DNA of 62,052 nt, filler included, from Nemertoderma westbladi (taxonomy: Eukaryota; Animalia; Xenacoelomorpha), in NCBI GenBank assembly GCA_032718475.1. It is 3 parts of 3 records of this genome, joined end to end, with 100 filler letters (N's around TTAATTAATTAA, not from the genome) between each part and the next. Parts side by side here need not be neighbours in the genome. Positions count along the whole stretch, not along the records: positions 1 to 31,645 come from JAUCBJ010005247.1; 2 more parts are not named here. One strand, 5' to 3'. The notes under the pieces are model-generated. The model did not search any database and was not told where the DNA came from. It was given only the letters and a program-made list of their open reading frames with translations. A program made the translations under genes and the position numbers. Positions 17,101 through 27,138 of this stretch are shown one piece after another; the first letter of the stretch is position 1; each line of letters starts with the position of its first letter.

Positions 17101-17395
17101 TACAAATATACAGAGAGTCTAGAGTATATACAAATATACAGAGAGTCAAGAGTATATACAAATATACAGAGAGTCAAGAGTATATACAAATATACAGAGA
17201 GTCAAGAGTATATACAAATATACAGAGAGTCTAGAGTATATACAAATATACAGAGAGTCTAGAGTATATACAAATATACAGAGAGTCTAGAGTATATACA
17301 AATATACAGAGAGTCTAGAGTATATACAAATATACAGAGAGTCTAGAGTATATACAAATATACAGACAGTCTAGAGTATATACAAATATACAGAG
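2109..17395. repeat. 15.3-kb satellite, ~28-bp consensus AGAGTATATACAAATATACAGAGAGTCT with 22-26-bp variants and kb-scale higher-order duplications
   Basis: Continuous tandem units are directly visible. Identical variant strings recur at offsets 2620 (2835 vs 5455), 698 (4111 vs 4809) and ~2710 (8173 vs 10885; 10613 vs 13321). Confidence 0.99.
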
Positions 17396-17730
17396 TGGGA
17401 GAAAATGTCAGCGCCAGAGACATGGTCCTCATTGTGGAATCAGATCTTCCCCGTAAGAGGTGGCAGACAGGTCGTATCATCGAGACTCATATATCCGATG
17501 ATGGTTTAGTGAGATCGGTGGAACTCGTAGTCATGCGACGTAACTACAAAAAACCCGGAATCGTTTTTGAAACTCAGCAACTTAATCGCCCGGTTGGTCG
17601 TTTATGTTCATTGGAAAGAGACCGAGAGTTGTCTGGCAACTACGGTAAACAAGAGACTCTTCCTACGACCACCTCCCTAATCCAACAAACATCTAGGGAC
17701 TCCGCAATGTAACAGCGTTTGGAGTGGGTG
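17396..17730 (+). mobile_element. BEL/Pao LTR retrotransposon remnant: integrase C-terminal (DUF5641-like) segment plus polypurine tract
   Basis: DMVLIVESDLPRKRWQTGRIIETHISDDGLVRSVEL...LNRPVGRLCSLE matches the BEL/Pao pol tail motif. PPT-like GGAGTGGG at ~17721 precedes TGT. Confidence 0.85.
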
Positions 17731-18230
17731 TGTGACTATATTATTTTATTTGTTTTATTTTATATTTATGTATGCATTATTATGTAATTTATATTATTAT
17801 GATCGTTTTATTTAATTTTATTTAGTAGAATAATATTTTAACAATTATTCAGTAGATTAGTGCAATATATTTCGTGTTTTATTACTTAATTACTTAGTAT
17901 AATATATTTCGTTAACGGCGAGAAATAATTTCATTTTCTCTTTCCTTACTGTCCGTATTCTATTATAAATACGTGACTACAGTAAGATGAAATGTCAGTA
18001 CTTATTAAATTAAAATCTATACCGCTCCTACTATACTTAGGTATTATTGGTAAAGTAGAGTATTAGGAATGCAAAGTTCAGATCCTCGTGTCTCGGCTAA
18101 ACCAAGCTCTGGGTAGATCTTGGAAACGACTTGCCTCTTCTCACTGACATTGCTTCTTGCAATATTGCTGTCGTACCGTATTTTAAATAATACATATAGT
18201 AGAAAGATGTCCATTTAACATCTAACAACA
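17731..18230 (+). mobile_element. Probable BEL/Pao 3' LTR (right boundary approximate)
   Basis: Starts TGT directly after the PPT, is AT-rich with TATAAA at ~17964, and has candidate ...AACA ends at 18220-18240. No partner LTR in the window to confirm. Confidence 0.5.
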
Positions 18231-18281
18231 TTTAACAACATTTAACATAACAATAAGTAAATCTGTTAAATTCTTTGACCA

Positions 18282-18610
18282 TCTGAAATTCTAGTCGATT
18301 AAGATATCGCGGCACCCACCGATATACTTGAAAGACAAAATTCTAGAATCAGTGGTTAACGTCCCCAGACAAGTTCTGGAATAAATCGGTGCCCATCCTA
18401 AATATTAATTAACTATTTGTTAAATGTTCACAACATTTGTTATAACAAAATGTTGAAAAAAAAATATGTTAAACCTTAGATCCTCTAAAATTTTAGGCGA
18501 TTAAGATATCGCAGCACTTACCGATATACTTAAAAGACAAAATTTCTGGAATACAGGATTAGCGTCCCCAGACATGTTGTGGAATAAAACTGTGTCTATT
18601 TTAATATCAA
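18282..18610. repeat. Diverged ~200-bp direct repeat, 2 copies
   Basis: CGATTAAGATATCGC(G/A)GCAC..ACCGATATACTT.AAAGACAAAATT...CGTCCCCAGACA.GTT.TGGAATAAA occurs at ~18296 and ~18498. Confidence 0.8.
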
Positions 18611-19008
18611 ATAATAAAATTCACGGGAATAAATTTTAAATTCATATCCTCTCATGAATTAAATAAATTGTCATTTTATACAATTTATTAACATTCCCAA
18701 AATTCCGTTAATTAATAGATCATGGGAGCGGAGATTCACTCTATTAAGTGTATTAGTGTGCGAGAATCTCCAGTGTACAGCCAATAGCCGACAAAATTAA
18801 TAAAAATTATATATAAAGGGAATATTAATAACCCAAGAGTCGCTATTAAATAGGATCCCAGATCTGCATGCATGAGAAATACCCTAATTCTACCTCTAGC
18901 TTTGCATAATGTCACCATAGTAACAACTACACTAGAATTAGAAGTGAGTTAAAAGAACAATAGAAAGCTTGCCCCATTGAATAGAATGCGTAATACATAG
19001 CATCTCGA

Positions 19009-19888
19009 CAGGCGCGGATCCAGAAATTTATTTCGGGAGGGGCTAACATTCTGTACCCAGAAACTTTTTCAGCCCCCCCCCCCCCCCCCCCCCCCCTGAA
19101 AAAGTTTCTGGGTACAGGGTTGTGGAACACAACACACATTTCTAACAACAACAATCTGAGAATTATTACTATAGTATTGAGAATTTAATTACACATTATA
19201 TGGATATTAAGAATAAAGCTAAAAAACGAGATTACCAAATTACCAAGAGATTGTAGGCCTACTAACATTGTACAAAATTAAATAAGGAGTAATCGGCGGG
19301 CCTGGCGTCCTGCAAACTCCTGAATAATTTCATCTACAGTTACTATTATTTGTTTATGGATGGACATTAATCGTTGCTGTGTCATTGTTGCCCTAAGGTA
19401 TGACTTCAATAGTTTCAACTTGGAAAAAGTTCGCTCTGTTGTGGCTATGGAAATGGGAAGTGTGCCGAACATTCGCAGCAGAAATACAATTGAATATAAT
19501 TTACTGATTTACAATTATTTACAGTAGGCCTACCAATACCATACTGCCATACCGTTACAGTTTTGGTGTATGTGTTGACAGTGTTGTGTATTACAGTAAG
19601 CTACCATATTACTGTATTACCTGCTAAACTGAAACATTTTAAAGTTCACACTGTCATGCAGACTGTAATGGCTGATTGCGGTACCGGTAGTACTACTGTC
19701 AGACAGTTAGTGTGAATATGTTGCTACAAATATGTAGGGGAAATTAATTTATGAATAAAGAATAAACTCGGGAACTCTGCAGTAGCAGTACATTGGCTGG
19801 CTGCATCTGCGTCAGGTTTAGAGTGATAAAATTTCGGGGGGGGGGGGGGGCTTGAGCCCCCTAGCCCCCCCCCTTGGATCCGCCCCTG
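19009..19888 (-). mobile_element. Internally deleted hAT DNA transposon (880 bp) retaining the hATC dimerization-domain fragment
   Basis: TIRs CAGGCGCGGATCCA / TGGATCCGCCCCTG. 8-bp TSD CATCTCGA (19001-19008) vs CATCTTGA (19889-19896). ORF 19278-19472 TLPISIATTERTFSKLKLLKSYLRATMTQQRL is the hATC motif. Confidence 0.93.
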
Positions 19889-20087
19889 CATCTTGATAGT
19901 ATCCAAGGATACATAATAATAACGTAGCATTCTGGAAGGCATCTGACTAACGGACAAATGGCCCTAATTTGTACAAATTGCGGCAGGAATGTGGAATTTG
20001 TGTATTTATAGGTGAATGTTACTACTAAAGTGTGTTTACAGTAGCGAGCCGCAATTGTGAAAGTTATCGTACATCTGTAACAAGTAC

Positions 20088-20237
20088 CTCCAGTATATTC
20101 AAGCCCTTGGGACGGACAGTAGAGTGACTCGCGCTGATTATTGTTGTCGTTGTGTGGCTACTACGTTGGCGAGGGGCACAGCGACAGCAGTACATCAGCG
20201 CTGAGGATCTCAGGGCTGTCCGGGGGCAGTGGGGGAG
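20088..20237 (+). other. Long imperfect hairpin with multiple G:U-type pairs (second copy ~23605-23754)
   Basis: TATTGTTGTCGTTGTGT pairs with GCACAGCGACAGCAGTA (17 bp, 4 G:U). GCGCTGAT/ATCAGCGC, GGACAG/CTGTCC, GCCCT/GGGGC and CTCC/GGAG extend the stem. Confidence 0.75.
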
Positions 20238-20333
20238 TAAAAGGCGGCGACGCTCGTTAGCCTTATTTATTTATAAATTATAATCTCGATAAACTCATAT
20301 AATATATATCTATTATGACTGAGTTGATAGAAG

Positions 20334-22490
20334 ATGATCTTGGTATCAGGGAGTGATATACTCTACCTTTACAAGCGTTTGTTGATAGGGGGTAGTTTGA
20401 TAAGCGGCGACGCGAGTCAACACACGACGGAAGATGGTGGACGTTATATCGAACTGCCAATGTCCGAGGAACAGCCCAAGCGTGAATTGGACTATAGAAA
20501 ATTCACCGATTGCTATACGCATCGTAATGGTACGTATATGGACTTCTTAACTACTGGTCATCCTATCGATTTGCACAATATGGACGATGTTGATACCGAA
20601 AGGGAGATGATTTTGTTTAAATATCATGCCCAGCAGAGTCGGAATGACAAACTGAGAATTGAACATGAAAATTCTATTCGAAACCGACTCGAAAGAGAAG
20701 ATGTTGAAGAACCAGACAAGTGTAGTGACTTTTACGAATATTTAGAGTTCCTGAGAGAAACTTATCTCAATGTAGCTAGTCAACAAAATCTAGAAACTCG
20801 ATATCCACAAGGTATACATCATAAATAACCCTATGGTAGAACTCAAACGACTCTATTTTACTATGATGTATCTTACCGCCAATCAACCACTACCTGTTGT
20901 ACCAGATAGCTTTGAACAGATGGAGGAATATTGTAAAACTGGAGAAAGATCGCCAGCGTTTCCTTTACAAGACGTGCGTCTTAGGTATTACTGCGATGAA
21001 TGCCCTAGACCCAATCAACAAACAGAATGACATAAACACCCACGGAGACATTGTTGCGCTAAACATAGTTTTACTCGCTATACTTACGGGGGTTTTTAGC
21101 GAAACTTGTTCGACGTACTACCTACGCTCGCTCGACTCAAAAGATCCTTAAGTAAACCTATGATCAGAGTTCCAAAATACTCGGTTAGAACTCCTCATTC
21201 CCCGGTGCGACCGCAGACTCTCGACACTAACAGTATGACAGATCCTCCATTCTCTCATCCTCTCATTGTTCAAAGATCTGGTGTTACCCGAACAATTAGT
21301 CAGTGGCACTCCGGTTGTGGGCTCCTTGGATATTCGCCCATCCTATTTAGCCGGATTGGGACACGGACATCTAATATCTCCGTTCAACCCGTATAATCGT
21401 CCCAGTTTGACTCCGATACAACCTGTCACCGAGGTGGAGGAAAGTGTCATACGGAACGCACTGGACGCAATTCGGCAAAAGATCGGAAAAGGAACCTACG
21501 ATTGTTTAGACAAACGTAGATTACACCAACAAGTTCAAGCGGTAAAAGAATTAGCTTTACCTCAGTTCGATCGAGAAATCGAGAATCTGGAAAGAGATAT
21601 TGAACTTGGATGTACATATTCGTTACAAGAGTTCTTAAACGAACGCTTTCAAAGACAAGCGGAGAAGAATCAGCTAGAGGAGAAACATATCAAAATGGAC
21701 GAGAGAGAAGAAGCAGCTTTAGCCCAACCTGAAGCTCAAATACTTATGACTGATCTCTACTCCAAAACCATCATTCATCCTTCGATGGTTCCTCATCTCG
21801 GAGATAAAAACTCTTCGCGACAGCACAACCTCAACTGGTTGATATCAACTTAAGATCTCGAGATCTTATCGCTGACGCTCCTATGTTACAACGTCCGCCG
21901 ATATACTCGTTGAACCTCCGGACAATCGAGCGGATCTTGTCCGTCGTATGGAACACGAGGTTAACATATGCGCTAGACCTTTACAGAACTCATTTTACGG
22001 GATCAAAGACCACCCCTACTATGTCTATTTAACTCAATATTATATGGTGAAACCCGAAGATCCTACACATAGTTTAAAGTTTCTACCATTGATAAATTCC
22101 CTCGACCTTGTTGAACTTGAACAACTACAAAAACATTTGGATCAATTAGTTAAAGCAAACTCATTTAGAAAACCTTATAATGTCTCAAGAATAGAAAATG
22201 ATGTAATACCTCCATATAATCTCGATGGATTTATTAAAACTCGACTAGTCCATTGGAATTTATATGTATTGTCCGAGGAAGAAAGAATACGGTGAGTTAT
22301 TCATAAACGCACACCCTGAATTACGAAGTTCATAGAAGACCATATGAATACAAAGCAAGGGAACGCGAATTAGAAAAAGCGATTAAAAGCGAGTACATCA
22401 TAATCATAATGGCACAGCCCGTGCTTTGGCATGAGCGAATTAATTTATAACCGCCAACAGGCAGAAGTTGGAAGGAAGTAGAAAAATAAA
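20334..22490 (+). pseudogene. Frameshifted, intronless orphan ORF (~600 codons in pieces) with AATAAA at 22485; unknown family, possibly viral or transposon cargo
   Basis: Consecutive same-strand ORF pieces at 20334, 20833, 20897, 21106, 21266 and 21948. Comparison with copy 2 shows a 4-bp insertion (~20822) and a 2-bp deletion (~20940) that break the frame. No domain recognised apart from a possible CxxC...HxxxxH. Confidence 0.6.
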
Positions 22491-22999
22491 TGTGTTATTT
22501 TTCGAATAAGAAAAAGACACTTCAATAATTTTTTTCGATTTTTTCGAATCTTTTTAATTTTTTTTATCCACATCCTGGGGTTGAGCTGTGTCGATTGATA
22601 TAACTTTCATTGACGGACGGGCTATAGTTTCAGAGGAGTTAACCCGATATACACGCATACATACATACATACATAGTGAATACGTTTACAGTTTTATCAG
22701 TCTACGTTAACGGTCTTCTAATAGGTTAAAACATAGCAAAGCAACATCGCTATTGTATGCCATGAACAATAAGTAGTTGTTTGAAGCTGGTTGTATGTAA
22801 TGGCAAAAATTTGTGTTAGGGAATTAATTAAAAAAGTTTATTGATATAGAATGTATTCTGGTATTGAAGGTATTTATTAAGAAGTTTTCAACTATTTTAC
22901 ATTAATTTTCAAATGGGAGCGACCAAGCTTGAAAATATATTGTTCATTCGCCGCGATTTTGGCGCCCCCTGACGCCAACAGGGGGTCCCTGGCCACTGA

Positions 23000-23560
23000 C
23001 GCCACCACCCTACGCCACTGCCCCTGACCACATCTGGGTCGCGCTGGAAAACCATGGCAATGAAGCAAATTAGCCGCTCAGAAGGGTGTGTTCCATTGGT
23101 CAACCAGTTGATCTCCAATGTAAGCTGGTCAGTGACCTTCCTTCCTACATTACCCCTCAGGAGGATATACCTCCGACTTCACAACGCGATGAGGTGGGAA
23201 TGGTATCTCTACCAGGTTGGGCCAACAGATGATAACCCAGGGGAATTGAGCCACTCCCCACCATAAGCAGTCTCCAAAATATCAGTGGTCGGTGAAGTTG
23301 TCACACTGTGCCTACTTGTCATTCCGGGGATGATTAGAGAAGGGTTCTGTGACAGAATCGTTTTTGTGGGTTTAAATCGTTGTGGGAGTTCCTACAGCAT
23401 GTCGTCACCATAGTGGTGCAACTAGTGCAGGCTTTCTTGGTCCATGTACCTGTACATACATCAACACTGTCTTGTCGCCCATTCCTTGTTGAGGCAGGCG
23501 CAGCATAGCTGGGAACCCTGCGACATCACTGAGCATATAACTTGGTGATGCCCAACCTAT
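23000..23560 (-). mobile_element. Decayed 5' ORF fragment of a CRE-like (RLE-clade) non-LTR retrotransposon, copy 1
   Basis: Broken minus frames give CCACLNK...C...KKACTSC, then YHSHLIAL*SRRYILLRGNVGRKVTDQLTLEINWLTNGTHPSERLICFIAMVFQRDPDVVRG. This resembles the pre-RT region of sponge/cnidarian CRE-like elements (from memory). Confidence 0.55.
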
Positions 23561-23836
23561 ACAGTGGGACACCCGACATGGATTGGGGGCACCTCCAGTA
23601 GTACCTCCAGTATATTCAAGCCCTTGGGACGGATAGTAGAGAGACTCGCGCTGATTATTGTTGTCGTTGTGTGGCTACTACGTTGGCGAGGGGCACAGTG
23701 ACAGCAGTACATCAGCGCTGAGGATCTCAGGGCTGTCCGGGGGCAGTGGGGGAGTAAAAGGCGGCGACGCTCGCTAGCCTTATTTATTTATAATCTCGAT
23801 AAACTCATATATATCTATTGACTGAGTTGATAGAAG

Positions 23837-24496
23837 ATGATCTTGGTATCAGGGAGTGATATACTCTACCTTTACAAGCGTTTGTTGATAGGGGGTAGTT
23901 TGATAAGCGGCGACGCGAGTCAACACACGACGGAAGATGGTGGACGTTATATCGAACTGCCAATGTCCGAGGAACAGCCCAAGCGTGAATTGGACTATAG
24001 AAAATTCACCGATTGCTATACGCATCGTAATGGTACGTATATGGACTTCTTAACTACTGGTCATCCTATCGATTTGCACGATACGGACGATGTTGATACC
24101 GAAAGGGAGATGATTTTGTTTAAATATCATGCCCAGCAGAGTCGGAATGACAAACTGAGAATTGAACATGAAAATTCTATTCGAAACCGACTCGAACGAG
24201 AAGATGTTGAAGAACCGGACAAGCGTAGTGACTTTTACGAATATTTAGAGTTCCTGAGAGAAACTTATCTCAATGTAGCTAGTCAACAAAATCTAGAAAC
24301 TCGATATCCACAAGGTATACATCATAACCCTATGGTAGAACTCAAACGACTCTATTTTACTATGATGTATCTTACCGCCAATCAACCACTACCTGTTGTA
24401 CCAGATAGCTTCGAACAGATGGAGGAATATTGTAAAACTATGGAGAAAGATCCTTGCTATTATCTATCGCTATTGTATGCCATGAACAATAAGTAG
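23837..24496 (+). pseudogene. Second, 3'-truncated copy of the orphan ORF (N-terminal ~205 codons intact, then fused to filler)
   Basis: Near-identical to 20334-20951 but without the frameshifts. It ends at the deletion junction 24452/24466. Confidence 0.65.
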
Positions 24497-24719
24497 TTGT
24501 TTGAAGCTGGTTGTATGTAATGGCAAAAATTTGTGTTAGGGAATTAATTAAAAAAGTTTATTGATATAGAATGTATTCTGGTATTGAAGGTATTTATTAA
24601 AAAGTTTTCAACTATTTTACATTAATTTTCAAATGGGAGCGACCAAGCTTGAAAATATATTGTTCATTCGCCGCGATTTTGACGCCCCCTGACGCCAACA
24701 GGGGGTCCCTGGCCACTGA

Positions 24720-25280
24720 CGCCACCACCCTACGCCACTGCCCCTGACCACATCTGGGTCGCGCTGGAACACCATGGCAATGAAGCAAATTAGCCGCTCA
24801 GAAGGGTGTGTTCCATTGGTCAACCAGTTGATCTCCAATGTAAGCTGGTCAGTGACCTTCCTTCCTACATTACCCCTCAGGAGGATATACCTCCGACTTC
24901 ACAACGCGATGAGGTGGGAATGGTATCTCTCCCAGGTTGGGCCAAAAGATGATAACCCAGGGGAATTGAGCCACTCCCCACCATAAGCAGTCTCCAAAAT
25001 ATCAGTGGTCGGTGAAGTTGTCACACTGTGCCTACTTGTCATTCCGGGGATGATTAGAGAAGGGTTCTGTGCCAGAATCGTTCTTTGTGGGTTTAAATCA
25101 TTGTGGGAGTTCCTACAGCATGTCGTCACCATAGTGGTGCAACTAGTGCAGGCTTTCTTGGTCCATGTACCTGTACATACATCAACACTGTCTTGTCGCC
25201 CATTCCTTGTTGAGGCAGGCGCAGCATAGCTGGGAATCCTGCGACATCACTGAGCATACAACTTGGTGGATGCCCAACCC
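24720..25280 (-). mobile_element. CRE-like non-LTR retrotransposon 5' fragment, copy 2
   Basis: Duplicate of 23000-23560 (ORFs 24629, 24899 and the end of 25182: MSQDSQLCCACLNK). Confidence 0.55.
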
Positions 25281-25284
25281 ATAC

Positions 25285-25800
25285 AGTGGGACACCCGACA
25301 TGGATTGGGGGCACCCTACATGGACTGGGGAGGACCCGACATAAACTAATAGATCCCAACATGGAGTGGGGGACACCAGTCTCAGATTGGGGTAACCAGA
25401 CATGGATTGGGAGGGGGGGGGGGGGGGGGGGGGGTACCAAACACAGACTGGGGGACACCCGATACGGATTGTGTGAGACTCGACCCAGACTGAGAGACAA
25501 CCAAGAAGATGGGGGGGGGGGGAACCTGAAACAGACAGGGGGGCACCCATCATGGTCTGAGTGATACCAACATAGACTGGGAGACACCAGACACAAACAG
25601 AGGGACACACCAAACACAGATTGGGGGACCTCGACATTGATGGGGGGGGGGGGGGGGTATGCAACACACTGGGCACCCGGCACAGACTGGGGGGCACTCA
25701 AAGTGGACTGAGAAACACCCAACATAGATTGAGGGATACCCGACACAGATTGGAGGACACCAAACACACGAACCCGACATAGACTGGGGGCGCCCTACAC
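25285..25800. repeat. Degenerate ~21-bp G-rich minisatellite (ACCCGACATAGACTGGGGG-like) with poly-G runs
   Basis: Recurring ACAC/ACAT-AGA(C/T)TGGGGG units and G10-G20 tracts. Confidence 0.75.
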
Positions 25801-25820
25801 TGACACGTTTATTTCTGGAT

Positions 25821-26347
25821 CTAACTTGGTACCTGGACCCTGTCCCTTTTCGTTGTTGTAGCTTGATTCATCCATGGTGAGTTTGTTAACATGTAATCCA
25901 GTATGCAATAGCCCATAAACCCGCTGTAGCCGGGGGGCATCACAATGGGAATGGATTCTGCGGCAGTGTGAAACGGGGTCGCTGTCCTATTGAGTAGCGG
26001 AAATGATGAGCAGGGAGATGCAGCCAGGGTAACATCGTGGTCTATCAGAGTCTTGTCGCCATCGTCTCCTGTCGATGATGTGGCAACCTGTTGGGATGCA
26101 CTGCTTTCAGAAAGGGATATGTACCAGAAATGAAAGGCTGCAAACTGACAGCTCCTAACGCAAAACAACAATACCCATTCGCCATTGGAGAACAGGAAGC
26201 GCTTGGGAATCCTGACCTTGCACACGAACAATGAACGCAGTGACCAGATCTAGGATTGCAACCACAGCAAGCAGGCATCACAACAGACGGAAACTCCAAG
26301 AGGGACAGGATAGCAGGATCGAACAAACTTGCTATAAAACCAGACAC
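25821..26347 (-). mobile_element. 5' fragment of a second CRE-like element (Cys-rich N-terminus)
   Basis: MPACCGCNPRSGHCVHCSCARSGFPSASCSP...GYC is the same type of Cys-rich N-terminus as above. Frameshifted downstream. Confidence 0.45.
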
Positions 26348-26571
26348 GGCAGAATTGCATTAGGTAACATCAGGCAATTTAGAACCCCTAAAGCAGAAAC
26401 CAAAGATGTTGATTAAACTTTGGTAGTCTCTGTCAAATTGATAATCTGGTAGTAAGTAAAGGGATAATTAACTAAGATAATCAAAATTAGTTCAATTAAG
26501 AAAAAAAATTGGACAAATACACAAATACAAATAGTCTTACTATTTCGGTATAAGTAATTATAATAACTCAC

Positions 26572-27062
26572 TGTTAAATGGTTTGATTCCTCTGTTTGTT
26601 TGAGGAACCGCGACGGCTTTGATTCCTCGGGTTGTTTGAGGAACCGCGACGGCTTTGATTCCTCGGGTTGTTTGAGGAACCGCGACGGGTTTGATTCCTC
26701 GGGTTGTTCGAGGAACCGCGACGGGTTTGATTCCTCGGGTTGTTTGAGGAACCGCGGTGGGTTGGATTCCTCGGGTTGTTCGAGGAAACGCGACGGGTTT
26801 GATTCCTCGGCTTGTTCGAGGAACCGCGACGGGTTTGATTCCTCGGGTTGATTGAGGAACCGCGGCGGGTTGGATTCCTGGGGTTGTTTGAGGAACCGCG
26901 GTGGGTTGGATTCATCGGGTTGTTTGAGGAACCGCGGTGGAACCTGATAATAATCCTTCTTGTTTTTCTCACCAGATTTGAATGGTTCTTTGGTGTCTCG
27001 TGTTGCCCTGATAACTGGCGACTGTTTCAAGTCGGGTGTGCTCCGTTTACTAGGCGAATTAC
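26572..27062 (-). CDS. Probable internal coding exon of an unknown gene with ~10 x 12-aa repeats (ESNP[P/S]RFLKQPE)
   Basis: Minus-strand acceptor TTGTTCCAG| at 27063-27064 and perfect donor GTGAGT at 26571-26566. The frame is open throughout, with non-repetitive protein-like sequence upstream (KDYYQVPPRFLKQ). Confidence 0.55.
26580..26945. repeat. 36-bp tandem repeat, ~10 copies
   Basis: GGGTTTGATTCCTCGGGTTGTTTGAGGAACCGCGAC units. Confidence 0.97.
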
Positions 27063-27138
27063 CTGGAACAATTACATTAACTAATAAAGTAATAAACACA
27101 ACAATTTAGTAAGATTTAGTAAGTAAACACCTGGTTAC

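Larger units (their letters stand above)
20083..25315 (+). repeat. Tandem segmental duplication: copy 1 20083-23593; copy 2 23600-25315 lacking the 1.8-kb segment equivalent to 20952-22745
   Basis: Near-identical sequence starts at 20083 and 23600 (AGTACCTCCAGTATATTCAAG) and at 22746 and 24466 (ATCGCTATTGTATGCC). Duplicated ORFs 20334/23837, 22909/24629 and 23054/24774. Confidence 0.97.

Noticed and set aside
2109-17395. Many minus-strand ORFs (YILLTLCIFVYTLDS...) and a CRISPR-like appearance
   Set aside because: Translations of a 28/26-bp satellite that cycle through frames. There are no unique spacers and no cas genes, and the context is eukaryotic.
20200-20245. Hammerhead ribozyme (CTGAGGA core)
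   Set aside because: No correctly placed GAAA or stem III/UH. The motif is already paired in the long hairpin.
23597-23602. AGTAGT as a definite Polinton terminus
   Set aside because: Absent from copy 1, with no opposite TIR or 6-bp TSD. It is equally explained by templated junction filler, so it is kept only as a weak hint.
25126-25780. Pro-rich overlapping ORFs
   Set aside because: Products of the G-rich minisatellite and poly-G runs.
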